Of a stretch of 28,744 nucleotides of DNA, positions 18,502 to 27,643 are shown in pieces. The notes under the pieces were generated by a model. That model was not told the DNA's origin. It saw nothing but the letters and a program-made list of their open reading frames with translations, and made no database searches. The stretch covers positions 1 through 28,744 of the forward strand of contig CAVVEU010000012.1 of NCBI GenBank assembly GCA_963747235.1, in the 5' to 3' direction. This DNA comes from an uncultured Candidatus Rokubacteria bacterium (GTDB lineage Bacteria; Methylomirabilota; Methylomirabilia; Rokubacteriales; CSP1-6). The translations under genes were made by a program, and so were the position numbers. Numbering within the stretch: the stretch's first letter is position 1; each line of letters begins with the position of its first letter.

Positions 18502-19260
18502 ATGCTCACGGACTCCGGGCTGGCCGGCAAGGCGGTGATCGTCACGGGAGGCAGCCGCGGCATCGGGCGGGCCATCGTCGAGATGCTCTCCTCCGAGGGG
18601 GCGGACGTGACCTTCCTCTTCCGTGAGAACACCGAGGCCGCCGCGGAGGTCGTCGCGATCGGCAAGGCCGCCGGGCGGGCGATCGCGGCCGAGCAGGTGG
18701 ACGTCCGCGACGCGCAGGCGTGCGCCCTGGCGGTGGAGCGGATCGCGGAGCGCTGCGGGCGCATCGACGTGCTGATCAATAGCGCGGGGGTGGTCCGCGA
18801 CGGCCTGCTGGGATTCCTCGACGAGGACGACGTGCGCACGGTGCTCGAGACCAATGTCGGCGGCGTCTTCAACCTGACGCGCGTGGTGGTCCCGCGCATG
18901 ATCGCCCGGCGCGCGGGCAAGATCATCAACATCAGCTCGGTCGCCGCGGAGAAGGGCGGGCGCGGCCAGGCCAACTACGCGGCCAGCAAGGGGGCGATCA
19001 ACGCCTTCACCCGCGCCCTCGCGGTCGAGCTGGCCCCGCGCCGGATCACGGTGAACGCGGTGGCCCCGGGGGTCATCGAGACCGACATGTCGCGGGCCAT
19101 CCGCGAGGGCGCCGGCGACGAGGTCAAGGCGCGCATCCTGCTCCGGCGGTTCGGCACCGCGACCGAGGTCGCGTACGCGGTCTGGTTTCTCGCCTCCCGG
19201 TTCGCGGACTACATCACCGGCGAGGTCATCCACGTTGACGGTGGCTTCAAGATGGAATGA
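18502..19260 (+). CDS. fabG: 3-oxoacyl-ACP reductase (252 aa)
   Basis: TGGSRGIG, NSAGVVRD, NISSV, GQANYAASKG, VAPGVIETDM, DGG. Confidence 0.9.
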   Translation: MLTDSGLAGKAVIVTGGSRGIGRAIVEMLSSEGADVTFLFRENTEAAAEVVAIGKAAGRAIAAEQVDVRDAQACALAVERIAERCGRIDVLINSAGVVRDGLLGFLDEDDVRTVLETNVGGVFNLTRVVVPRMIARRAGKIINISSVAAEKGGRGQANYAASKGAINAFTRALAVELAPRRITVNAVAPGVIETDMSRAIREGAGDEVKARILLRRFGTATEVAYAVWFLASRFADYITGEVIHVDGGFKME

Positions 19261-19271
19261 GAAAGGAACAC

Positions 19272-19703
19272 ATGACGACAGCGGAGATCACGCAGGACGA
19301 GATCCTGACGGTGTACCCGAAGGTGGCCCAGATCATGGCGGAGGCCCTCGGCTGTGACGCCGGGGAGGTGGGGCTCGGCGTGCCCCTGATCGAGGGGCTG
19401 AACGCGGAGTCGATCGATTTCCTCGACATCATTTTCGGCCTCGAGCGTACCTTCAAGGTGAAGATCCCCCGCGGCAAGATCGTGGAGGACGCGCGGGGGG
19501 ACCTCCCGGAGGCGGTGTTCGAGGAGAAGGGCTACCTGACCGAGGCGGGCCTGCAGCGCCTGCGGGAGTATCTCAGCGAGGTCCCCGCCGATCGCTTCCA
19601 CTCGCCGATGCGGGCCGCGGATATTCCGAAGCTCTTCACGCCGGAGACCTTCTGCAAGATCGTCGCGCGCGGGCTCCGGGCCCGGTCGGGCGATCCGGCC
19701 TGA
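19272..19703 (+). CDS. Extended acyl carrier protein (143 aa) with a long insertion/C-terminal subdomain
   Basis: AAAGGA RBS before ATG 19272 (alternative start 19257). Phosphopantetheine site LNAESIDFLDI, then FKVKIP, about 50 extra residues, and LFTPETFCKIV. Confidence 0.88.
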   Translation: MTTAEITQDEILTVYPKVAQIMAEALGCDAGEVGLGVPLIEGLNAESIDFLDIIFGLERTFKVKIPRGKIVEDARGDLPEAVFEEKGYLTEAGLQRLREYLSEVPADRFHSPMRAADIPKLFTPETFCKIVARGLRARSGDPA

Positions 19704-20539
19704 TGCCCGACCGCTTCAGCGCCTTCTCGTTCGTGGATCGGATCACGGAGCTCGAAGGGGGCCGGCGGGCCCGGGCCCACTTCGCGATCCCCGCGGCTCT
19801 CCCCGCCTTCCCAACCTGTCTGGTCGTCGAGGCCGTCGGCCAGCTCGCCTGCTGGGTGGCCATGGCGCAGGCCGGGTTCCAGCGGCGGCCGGTGGCGGCC
19901 CTGTCCCGGGAAACGCGCATCGTCGGGGAGGCGGCGCCGGGCGCGGTGCTCGACCTCGGCGTGGAGCTCGAGCGCTGCGACCCGGACGCCGTCACCTATG
20001 GCGGCTGGGCGCGCGTCGCCGACACGCCAATTCTGGAATTGGGCCGGTGCGTCGGGCCGATGCTGCCGCTCCCAGACTTCGATGCCCCGGAGGCGGTGCG
20101 CGGAGATTTCGAGACGCTCTGCGGACCGGGTGCGCGGCCCGGTCGATTCCCGGGGGTCACCGCGCCGGATCTCTCGCTGATCGACCACCTCCCGGGCCGG
20201 CGAATGCGCGCGGCCTTGCGTGTCCCGGTCTCGGCGCCGTTCTTCGGCGATCACTTCCCGCGGCGGCCCGTGTTTCCGGCCACGCTCCTCCTCGACGCCC
20301 AGATGCGGCTGGCGCTCCGGCTCGCGGCGGAGGCGCTGCCCCAGGGCCGGCGCCTCCGGCCCGCCCGCGTGTCCAACGTGAAGATGCGCGCCTTCATCCT
20401 GCCGGGGCACGCGGTGGAGATCGAAGCCTCCTTGCGGTCGGCCACGCACGCGGCGGCCGAGCTGAGTCTCGCCGCCACGGTGGACGGGCAGCGGGTCGCC
20501 ACCGGGCGGATCGACATCGTTTGCCAGGAGCCGGAATGA
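19703..20539 (+). CDS. Tandem FabZ/FabA-like (double hot-dog) 3-hydroxyacyl-ACP dehydratase (278 aa)
   Basis: Domain 1: FSFVDRI...PTCLVVEAVGQ, lacking the HFP motif. Domain 2: LIDH...FFGDHFPRRPVFPATLLLDA...VKMRAFILPG. Confidence 0.85.
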   Translation: MPDRFSAFSFVDRITELEGGRRARAHFAIPAALPAFPTCLVVEAVGQLACWVAMAQAGFQRRPVAALSRETRIVGEAAPGAVLDLGVELERCDPDAVTYGGWARVADTPILELGRCVGPMLPLPDFDAPEAVRGDFETLCGPGARPGRFPGVTAPDLSLIDHLPGRRMRAALRVPVSAPFFGDHFPRRPVFPATLLLDAQMRLALRLAAEALPQGRRLRPARVSNVKMRAFILPGHAVEIEASLRSATHAAAELSLAATVDGQRVATGRIDIVCQEPE

Positions 20540-21835
20540 ACGGAGCCCCGCGCCGGGTCGCCATCACCGGGCTGGGGCTGGTGACCCCGCTCGGGAACGA
20601 CGTGGCCGCCACGTGGAAGGCGCTCCGGGCCGGCCGCAGCGGCGTGGCGCCGATCACCCATTTCGACGCGGGCGGATTCCCGGTGCACATCGCCGCCGAG
20701 GTGAAGGCCTTCGACCCACGCGGCCCCATTGACGACCCCAAGCTCCTTCGGCTCGCCGATCGCGCCCAGGCCATGGGCCTCGTCGCGGCCGAGGAGGCGC
20801 TGCGCGATGCCGGAATCCGGCCCGAGCCCGGCAACGCGACGCGCTGGGCCTGCGTGGTGGGCAGCGGCAAGGTGGGCCTGGGCTTCGACGAGCTCGCCGA
20901 GGTGCATCGCCACTGCGCGCCCGACGGCACCTTCCACCCGGAGCGCCTGCTGACCGACGGCTTCGCGATGGATCCCCTTGCCTTCCGGCGCAGCCAGACC
21001 TGCGCCGGGCTCGCCCTCCTGCTCCAGCGATTCGGAATCCGCGGCTACGCCACCTCGGTCCACACCGCCTGCGCCTCCGGCAGCCAGGCCGTCGGAACGG
21101 CCATGAAGCTGATCCGCCGCGGCACCGCCGACCACGTCCTCGCGGGCGGCTTCGACTCCATGATCAACCCGATCGGCCTCGCGAGCTTCTGCCTGCTGGG
21201 CGCGCTCTCGCCGGACAACGAGACGCCGGAGCGCGCCAGCCGTCCCTTCGACGCCACCCGCAACGGCTTCGTCCTGGGCGAGGGCGCGGGCCTGCTCGTG
21301 CTGGAAGAATGGAGCGCGGCCCGTCGGCGCGGTGCGCGCATCTACGCCGAGTTGGCCGGGGACGGCAACTCGCTCAGCAGCTATCGCATCACCGATCCCA
21401 ATCCTTCCGGCGACGGCCCGATCCAGGCGATGCGCCAGGCCCTCGCGACGGCCGGCGTCCCGCCGGAACAGGTGGACTACCTGAACGCGCACGGCACGTC
21501 CACCCTCATGAACGATCGGAGCGAATGCGCCGCGGTCCAGGCCGTCTTCGGCGCCCACGTCGGGACAGATCGGCGTGAGCTCGACCAAGAGCCTCATGGG
21601 CCACCTGATCGCCGGCGCCGGCGCGGTCGAGGCGGCGGTCTGCGCCCTGGCGATCCATCACGACGTCCTGCCGGTGAGCGCGAACCTGGCCACGCCGGAC
21701 CCGGACTGCGATCTCGACTTCGTGCGCGGCGAGCCCCGCGAGGGGCGGATCCGGGTCGCGCTGTCCAATTCCTTCGGCTTCGGCGGCTCCAATAGCTGCC
21801 TCGCGCTCCGGAACCCGGACGAGGTGGACGGGTGA
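20536..21835 (+). CDS. fabF: Beta-ketoacyl-ACP synthase II (KS2); +1 frameshift at GGG 21562-21564 (432 aa if repaired)
   Basis: ATG 20536 (ATGA overlap); RVAITGLG, TACASG, NAHGTST. Deleting one G yields VGQIGVSSTKSLMGH...SNSFGFGG, continuous with ORF 21575..21835. Confidence 0.88.
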
Positions 21836-23112
21836 GCGCCCGGGTCCTCGTGGCCGGCAGCGGCGCCATCTGCGCCGCCGGCACGTCACCGGCGGAGATC
21901 TGGGACGCGGTGGTGGCGGGCCGGTCCGCGATCCGACCCATCCAGCAGTGGGATACGTCGGGCTGGCCGATCGCCCTCGCCGGCGAGATTCCCGGATTCG
22001 ATCCGCGCGCCCTGGTGGAGGACCGCAAGCTCCACCGCCTGCTCCAGCGCAGCGATCTCCTCGGTCTCTACGCGGCCGCGCGGGCGCTCGACGATTCCGG
22101 ACTGCTGGCCTACCGCGAGGCCCTCGATCCCGCGGCCGCCGCAACGCTGAACGACCGAACCGGCGTCTACGTCGGCATGGGGGGCGGCAGCTACCAGAAC
22201 GAGTACGAGTTCTTCCCGCTCCTCACCACCGCGAAGGGCGATCTCACCGCCTTCGGCCGCGAGCTCACCGCCACCGTCAACCCCATGTGGCTCCTGCGGG
22301 CCATGCCCAACAACGTCCTGTGCTACATCGGCATCCGTCACGGCCTGAAGGGGTCGAACGCCTGCCTGACGAACCACAGCGTGAGCGGATCCCTCGCGAT
22401 CGCGGAGGCGGCCGCGGCAATGCGCTCCGGCGAAGCCGATCGCGCGCTGGCGGTCGGGCACGATGCGCCCATCGAGCCCCAGATGGTCCTCTACTACCAT
22501 CAGCTCGGGCTGCTCAGCGCCGACGGACTCTGGCCCTTCGACGCCCGGCGCGCCGGCAGCGTGCTGGGCGAAGGGTCCGGCGCGTTGCTTCTCGAGACGG
22601 AGAAGGCCGCGGCCGAGCGGGACGGCCCCGTCCTCGGCGAGCTCCTGGGCAGCGGCTGCGCGAACGAGGCGGAAGGGCTGCTGCCCATCCGCGCCGACGG
22701 CGAAGGGCTCGCGGACGCGATCGCGATCGCGCTCGACGACGCCGCGATGCGCCCGGCCGAGGTCGGGATGATCGTCGCGCACGGCAGCGCCACCCGGGCC
22801 TCGGATGTCTCCGAGGCCCGGGCCATCCGGCGCGTGTTCGGTGACACGATCCCGCCCGTCACCGCGTTCAAGTGGGCCTTCGGCCATCCCCTCGCCGCGT
22901 CGGGTGTCCTGGACAGCGTGCTGGCCCTGCTGGCCCTGCGCCACCGCGTGGTGCCCGGCGTGGCGACCCTGCGCGAGCTGGATCCGGACGTCGGACGCCT
23001 GCCGGTGTCCGCCCGGCCTCAGACGCCCCGCAGTGACGTGGCGCTCATCCTGAACCGGGGCTTCGGCGGGTCCAACACCGCGCTCGTCTTCCGAGCGGCG
23101 GCGCCGGGATGA
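21832..23112 (+). CDS. KS-like protein (KS3) with catalytic Cys replaced by Ser; chain-length-factor or decarboxylase candidate (426 aa)
   Basis: NHSVSG at the TACASG position; AHGSAT and KWAFGH retain both His; GEGSG; NRGFGG. Confidence 0.85.
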   Translation: MSARVLVAGSGAICAAGTSPAEIWDAVVAGRSAIRPIQQWDTSGWPIALAGEIPGFDPRALVEDRKLHRLLQRSDLLGLYAAARALDDSGLLAYREALDPAAAATLNDRTGVYVGMGGGSYQNEYEFFPLLTTAKGDLTAFGRELTATVNPMWLLRAMPNNVLCYIGIRHGLKGSNACLTNHSVSGSLAIAEAAAAMRSGEADRALAVGHDAPIEPQMVLYYHQLGLLSADGLWPFDARRAGSVLGEGSGALLLETEKAAAERDGPVLGELLGSGCANEAEGLLPIRADGEGLADAIAIALDDAAMRPAEVGMIVAHGSATRASDVSEARAIRRVFGDTIPPVTAFKWAFGHPLAASGVLDSVLALLALRHRVVPGVATLRELDPDVGRLPVSARPQTPRSDVALILNRGFGGSNTALVFRAAAPG

Positions 23113-23115
23113 ACG

Positions 23116-23742
23116 CTAGCGATCGGGGACGATGACCCCGGCCTCGTCGGCCAGCCGGACCAGCTCGGCGACCGAGCCGGCCTGCATCTTCTCCATGACC
23201 CGCGCGCGATGGACCTTGACCGTCTTCTCGCCGATGCCGAGCACCGCCCCGATCTGCTTGTTCAGCATGCCGGTCACGACGCGGGCGAACACCTCGGCCT
23301 CGCGCGTGGTGAGCAGGTCCACGCGGCGCCGGATCTCCGCGAGGCGGGTTTCGCCGGTCCGCTCGTGCTCGTCCCGGGCCACCGCCCGCTGGATCGCCGC
23401 GATCAGATCCTTGACGTCCACCGGCTTGGTGAGCAGATCCACCGCGCCGGCTTTCATGGCCTTGACGGTCGTCGGGACGTCGGCGTGGCCGGTGACGAAG
23501 ACGATGGACATGCGGCGGCCGGTGGCCGCCAGCGTCTCCTGGAGCTGGAACCCGGTCAGGCCGGGCATCCGCACGTCCAGCACCAGGCAGCACGGGCCCT
23601 CGTGGGGCTCGCGCGCGAGGAACTCCTGGGCGGACGCGAACGCCTCGACCATGTAGTCCGCCGAGGCCAGCAGCCGCGTGAGGCTCTTCCGGACCGAGGG
23701 GTCGTCGTCCACCACCAGGACCAGCGGCGAGGACTCGCTCAT
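23116..23742 (-). CDS. FixJ/NodW-family response regulator (208 aa), probably also or instead translated from its own start
   Basis: ATG 23742 follows GGAGGAGGGAG; VVDDD, LDVRMPG, TGH, KP; LuxR HTH LTTREAEV...LNKQI...EKTVKVHRARVMEKM. Confidence 0.75.
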   Translation of the reverse strand: MSESSPLVLVVDDDPSVRKSLTRLLASADYMVEAFASAQEFLAREPHEGPCCLVLDVRMPGLTGFQLQETLAATGRRMSIVFVTGHADVPTTVKAMKAGAVDLLTKPVDVKDLIAAIQRAVARDEHERTGETRLAEIRRRVDLLTTREAEVFARVVTGMLNKQIGAVLGIGEKTVKVHRARVMEKMQAGSVAELVRLADEAGVIVPDR

Positions 23743-25536
23743 GGCTCCCTCCTCCCGGTTCACCGGCAGCGTGAACCTGAGGCTCGCGCCGCCCTCCGGG
23801 TTGTTCTCGGCCCCCACCGCGCCGCCGTGCGCGTTGACGATGGTCCGCACGATGGCCAGGCCCATGCCCAGGCCTTCGGTCTTGGTGGTGTAGAGCGGCT
23901 CGAAAATGTGCCCGAGGTCCTTCTCGCTGATGCCCGAGCCCGAGTCCTGCACCGTGACCCGGAGCGCGGCGGCGCCCTCCCGGGCCGTCCGGATGACGAG
24001 CGTGCGCGCCCCCTCGTGGGGGTCCCGCATGGCCTCGAGACCGTTGAGCACCAGGTTCAGCACCACCTGCTGGAGCTGCACGCGGTCGCCGCACGCCTTC
24101 GGCAGGTCCGAGGCGAGCTCGAGGCTCATCGAGACGTTGCGCATGATCGTGTCGCTGCGCATGAGCCACGCCACCGCGCCCACGATCTCGTTGAGGTCGA
24201 GCGCCACGAACTCGGTCTCCCCCTTCTTGATCAGGGCGCGCAGGCCGCTGATCACCGCCGCGGCCCGCTTGTCGTCCGCCACGATGTCGCACAGGATCTC
24301 ACGCACCTTGTCGAGCTCCACCACGTCGGCCTCCAGGAAGCGCTGGGCCGCCTGCGCGTTGCTGAGGATCGCGGTCAGCGGCTGGCTCAGCTCGTGGGCC
24401 AGCGAGGCGGTCAGCTCGCCCAGGGCCGAGACCCGACCGATGTGGGTCAGATCCTGCCGGAGCCGCACCGCCTCGAGCTCACTCTGCTTGCGCGAGAGCG
24501 CGTTGGCGAAGACCTCGCCCAGGAGCTGGAGCTGCTGGATCAGCTCGTCCGACTTCGCGCGCTCGGCGCCGACCGTGCTGAAGATCAGCCCCCCCACCAC
24601 GATCCCGCTCACCAGCAGGGGCACCGCGACCTGCGGCTTGACCCGGTTCATGAGATAGCTCTTCCGATCCACCGCCGCCTCGTCGGGAAGCTCCTCGATC
24701 TGGGACACGTTGATGACCTCGCCGCGCTGCAGCCGCGCGGTCATCCACGGGAACTCCCCCACGTCCATCCATTCCTCCACCGCCCACGCCCGGGTCGCGG
24801 TGCCGTCCCGGGTGAACTCGATCAGGCTGCCGCGATCCACTCCGAGGAAATCCACGACCTGGCGAAGCCCGCGCTGGACCGCCGAATCGAAATCGACCGC
24901 CGACAGGTGGCTGAACGCGGAGGCCAGCGAGGACAGGAGCTTCTCGAAACGCAGCCGCTCGGCGAGCGAGACCTCGATCCGCCGGCGGTCCAGGACGCCC
25001 GCGAAGGCCTCGCTCAGGAGACGGAGCCGCTCCACCAGGTCGTCCGGCCAGGCGTGGCCGTCGCGAACCGAGGCGAACGAGAGCACGCCCAGGATGGCTC
25101 CTCCGGCGCGCAGGGGGATCATGACCTTCGAGTGCGTGCCCCTCCGCTCGAAGCTCTCCCGATCGAGCGCGGCCGCCTCGGGAAGATCGGCGAGCCGAGA
25201 GAATCGAACGATCTCCCCCTCCCGCAGTCTCCCCGCTACCCAGGGGAATTCGTCGTCGGGCGTCGCCGGCGGCGGTTCCCGGAGGCCCGGCCGTGCCCAC
25301 GAGAGCCGGAGCCCTGGCCGGCCGTCCAGGTGCTCGTCGAGGCCACCTCGATCCACACCCAGGAACTTGACGACGTGCTGAAGCGCCCGCTTGATCGCCA
25401 CCTCGGTGTCGGGGGCGCTGACGTGGATCAGGCCGGCGGACAGCGCGGAGAGGAGGGTCTCGAAGCGCAGGCGGTTGGCCAGCATGAGCTTCGTCGGGCG
25501 GCCCGTCGCCCGGCGGGAAATGTCACGCAGCCTCAC
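23116..25536 (-). CDS. GAF-GAF-HisKA-HATPase sensor kinase (FixL/NodV-like core) in frame with a REC-LuxR HTH module (806 aa as sequenced)
   Basis: GTG start after GGAGGG; two paralogous GAF repeats (RLRFETLLS / RLRFEKLLS); H-box AHELSQPL, N-box QVVLNLVLNG, DSGSG, GLGMGL; no stop before the regulator part. Confidence 0.8.
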   Translation of the reverse strand: MRLRDISRRATGRPTKLMLANRLRFETLLSALSAGLIHVSAPDTEVAIKRALQHVVKFLGVDRGGLDEHLDGRPGLRLSWARPGLREPPPATPDDEFPWVAGRLREGEIVRFSRLADLPEAAALDRESFERRGTHSKVMIPLRAGGAILGVLSFASVRDGHAWPDDLVERLRLLSEAFAGVLDRRRIEVSLAERLRFEKLLSSLASAFSHLSAVDFDSAVQRGLRQVVDFLGVDRGSLIEFTRDGTATRAWAVEEWMDVGEFPWMTARLQRGEVINVSQIEELPDEAAVDRKSYLMNRVKPQVAVPLLVSGIVVGGLIFSTVGAERAKSDELIQQLQLLGEVFANALSRKQSELEAVRLRQDLTHIGRVSALGELTASLAHELSQPLTAILSNAQAAQRFLEADVVELDKVREILCDIVADDKRAAAVISGLRALIKKGETEFVALDLNEIVGAVAWLMRSDTIMRNVSMSLELASDLPKACGDRVQLQQVVLNLVLNGLEAMRDPHEGARTLVIRTAREGAAALRVTVQDSGSGISEKDLGHIFEPLYTTKTEGLGMGLAIVRTIVNAHGGAVGAENNPEGGASLRFTLPVNREEGAMSESSPLVLVVDDDPSVRKSLTRLLASADYMVEAFASAQEFLAREPHEGPCCLVLDVRMPGLTGFQLQETLAATGRRMSIVFVTGHADVPTTVKAMKAGAVDLLTKPVDVKDLIAAIQRAVARDEHERTGETRLAEIRRRVDLLTTREAEVFARVVTGMLNKQIGAVLGIGEKTVKVHRARVMEKMQAGSVAELVRLADEAGVIVPDR

Positions 25537-25819
25537 GTCAGCCCTCCCCGCCCGCCCCGGGGTCGCCCGGAGCCAGTCTACTCGGAAGGTTCCGGAGGGC
25601 TTCAGCTCGAATATCCGCTCTCGGGTCTGGCTAGCGGCCCCGCGCGTCCACGTGAGCCTCGCTCTCCCGGGCCTCGCTGCCCTCCCGGCGCGCCGAGCGG
25701 TCTCGCCCGCCCGCCGGGCCGCAGAGCCACCAGATGAACAGTAGCCCCAGAGACACCACCAGAATGCGCAGGAGGCCTTCCATCATTCTTTCTCAATACG
25801 CCCGGCGTATTCCGGAATC

Positions 25820-25835
25820 TGTCCTGGATTGAACA
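25820..25835. promoter_or_regulatory. Candidate Crp-family binding site
   Basis: TGTCC-TGGATT-GAACA, intergenic, preceded by GGAATC like the 27619 site. Confidence 0.6.
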
Positions 25836-25836
25836 C

Positions 25837-27522
25837 TCACGACAGGCTCGCGATCTCCGCGCCGAGCATGCTGCGCAGCACGCTGGGATGGACCGGTTTC
25901 ACCAGGTGGGCGTCGCAACCGGCCTGCATGGACTGGCTGTGGTCCTCCGTCTGCCCGTATCCGCTGAGGGCGATGATGGTCAGCTTGGACTCGAGCGCTT
26001 CCTCGCGCATCCGGCGCGCCACCTGGTAGCCGTCCATCCCGGGCAGGCCCACATCGAGCAGGACCACGTCCGGCTTGAACTTGCTGAGCGCCTGGAGCGC
26101 GGCGGGGCCATCGTGGGCGATCCGCACCTCGTGATCGTCGCAGCGCAGGATCAGGGCCAAGCTCTCGGCGACGTCCGGATGATCCTCGACGATGAGAAGG
26201 CGCCGTGGATTGAGCATCCGGGCCGTCGTGGGGATGGCCGGCGGCGGGCTCGTGTGCGGAGCCGCCAGGCCCGGCAGGCGCACGGTGAACTGGCTGCCGA
26301 GGCCCGGTCCCCCGCTCGCCGCCTCGACGCTCCCTCCGTGCCGCTGCGCCAGGTCACGCACGAGGGACAGCCCCAGTCCAAGGCCGCCGGCCGAGGAGTC
26401 GAGTTGAGCAAACAGGTCGAAGACGGCGCTCAGCTTGTCCTCGGGAATGCCGATGCCGGTGTCCCGCACTGTCACCTCGATCCGGTCGTCGGTCGTTCGG
26501 GCGCTGATCCAGATCTGGCCGCCGGGAGGCGTGTACTTCGCCGCATTGTCCAGGAGGTTCGACAGCATCTGGGACAGCCGGACGGCGTCGCCCATGAGCC
26601 ACATCGGCGCACCCGGCAGCTCCACCGACAGCGTCTGACCGCGCCGCGCGATGTGCGATTGCACCGTCTCGATGGCGGCGGCCACCACGGTCTGAAGCTC
26701 GACGGGCCCGATCTGGAGCACCAGCTTGTCCCGGCCGATCCGCGAGAGGTCCAGCAGATCGTGAGCGACTCGGGCGAGGTGCTGCGATTGCCGGGCCACC
26801 ACCTGCACCGCGGTGGCGTGCCCCGCCGTGTCCGCCTCTTGCAGGATATGGGCCGCGTTGCAGATGGCGGCCAGCGGATTGCGCAGCTCGTGTCCGACCA
26901 TGGCCACGAAGTCGTCCTTCCGGTGATTCGCCTCCTCGGCGACCTCGAGGGCGTTCCAGAGCTGCCATCCCGCCGCGGCAAACTGGGCGAGCGTCCGGAC
27001 GACCCGCTCGTCCTCCCGGTCGAACTTTCGCGCATCGCTGTGGCTCACGATCCACACCGTCCCGACCGGCCGGCCGCGAACCTGGAACGGAATGAGCAGC
27101 GCCTCGACAAACCGCGGCTCCGCCCGCAGGGCCGGAAAGCGACGGTCCGGCAGGTGCATGAGCTGGGTCACGTTCTCGTCGATGCACACGCCGCACGGGC
27201 TGGCCGCCCGGGGCATCGTGCCGTCCCGGTACGAGGCGAACTCCCCCGCCACCGCCTCCCAGCGGAACACGTCCCCTTCGAGCAGGCTGAGACCGGCCGT
27301 ATCGGCCCGGCACAGGTGCAGCGCCGTCTCGACGAGCCGCTGGAGCATGCTGCGGGGGTTCTCGGTCATCTCCCGGGCAAGGCCCGCCAGGGCCTGATCC
27401 AAACCCTCGGAATCGGGCGGCCGGGGCGGGCGGCTCGACAGCTCGGAACGGATGTCCACTTCGGCCAGGGTGGCCGTGGGCACGGCCGAAACATCCACAT
27501 GTCTTACCGGGCCACTGCTCAT
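25837..27522 (-). CDS. Hybrid sensor histidine kinase GAF-HisKA-HATPase-REC
   Basis: H-box [30 protein letters not shown]; [23 protein letters not shown]. Start ATG 27522 or TTG 27531. Confidence 0.92.
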   Translation of the reverse strand: MSSGPVRHVDVSAVPTATLAEVDIRSELSSRPPRPPDSEGLDQALAGLAREMTENPRSMLQRLVETALHLCRADTAGLSLLEGDVFRWEAVAGEFASYRDGTMPRAASPCGVCIDENVTQLMHLPDRRFPALRAEPRFVEALLIPFQVRGRPVGTVWIVSHSDARKFDREDERVVRTLAQFAAAGWQLWNALEVAEEANHRKDDFVAMVGHELRNPLAAICNAAHILQEADTAGHATAVQVVARQSQHLARVAHDLLDLSRIGRDKLVLQIGPVELQTVVAAAIETVQSHIARRGQTLSVELPGAPMWLMGDAVRLSQMLSNLLDNAAKYTPPGGQIWISARTTDDRIEVTVRDTGIGIPEDKLSAVFDLFAQLDSSAGGLGLGLSLVRDLAQRHGGSVEAASGGPGLGSQFTVRLPGLAAPHTSPPPAIPTTARMLNPRRLLIVEDHPDVAESLALILRCDDHEVRIAHDGPAALQALSKFKPDVVLLDVGLPGMDGYQVARRMREEALESKLTIIALSGYGQTEDHSQSMQAGCDAHLVKPVHPSVLRSMLGAEIASLS

Positions 27523-27618
27523 CCCTGACAACGCCTCACAACGGCGCGGCGCCGGGCGCCCAGGTCAGTCGTACTCGCTCGCATGTCCCATGACTACGCC
27601 CCTCACCCGGTAGGAATC

Positions 27619-27634
27619 TGTCCAGGACGGGACA
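27619..27634. promoter_or_regulatory. Candidate Crp-family binding site (perfect palindromic arms)
   Basis: TGTCC-AGGACG-GGACA, about 100 nt upstream of the hybrid kinase start. Confidence 0.65.
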
Positions 27635-27643
27635 CACACCGGT

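Noticed and set aside
20047-20535. N-terminal extension of ORF 20047..21795
   Set aside because: Alternate frame inside the dehydratase gene; KS homology starts at ATG 20536.
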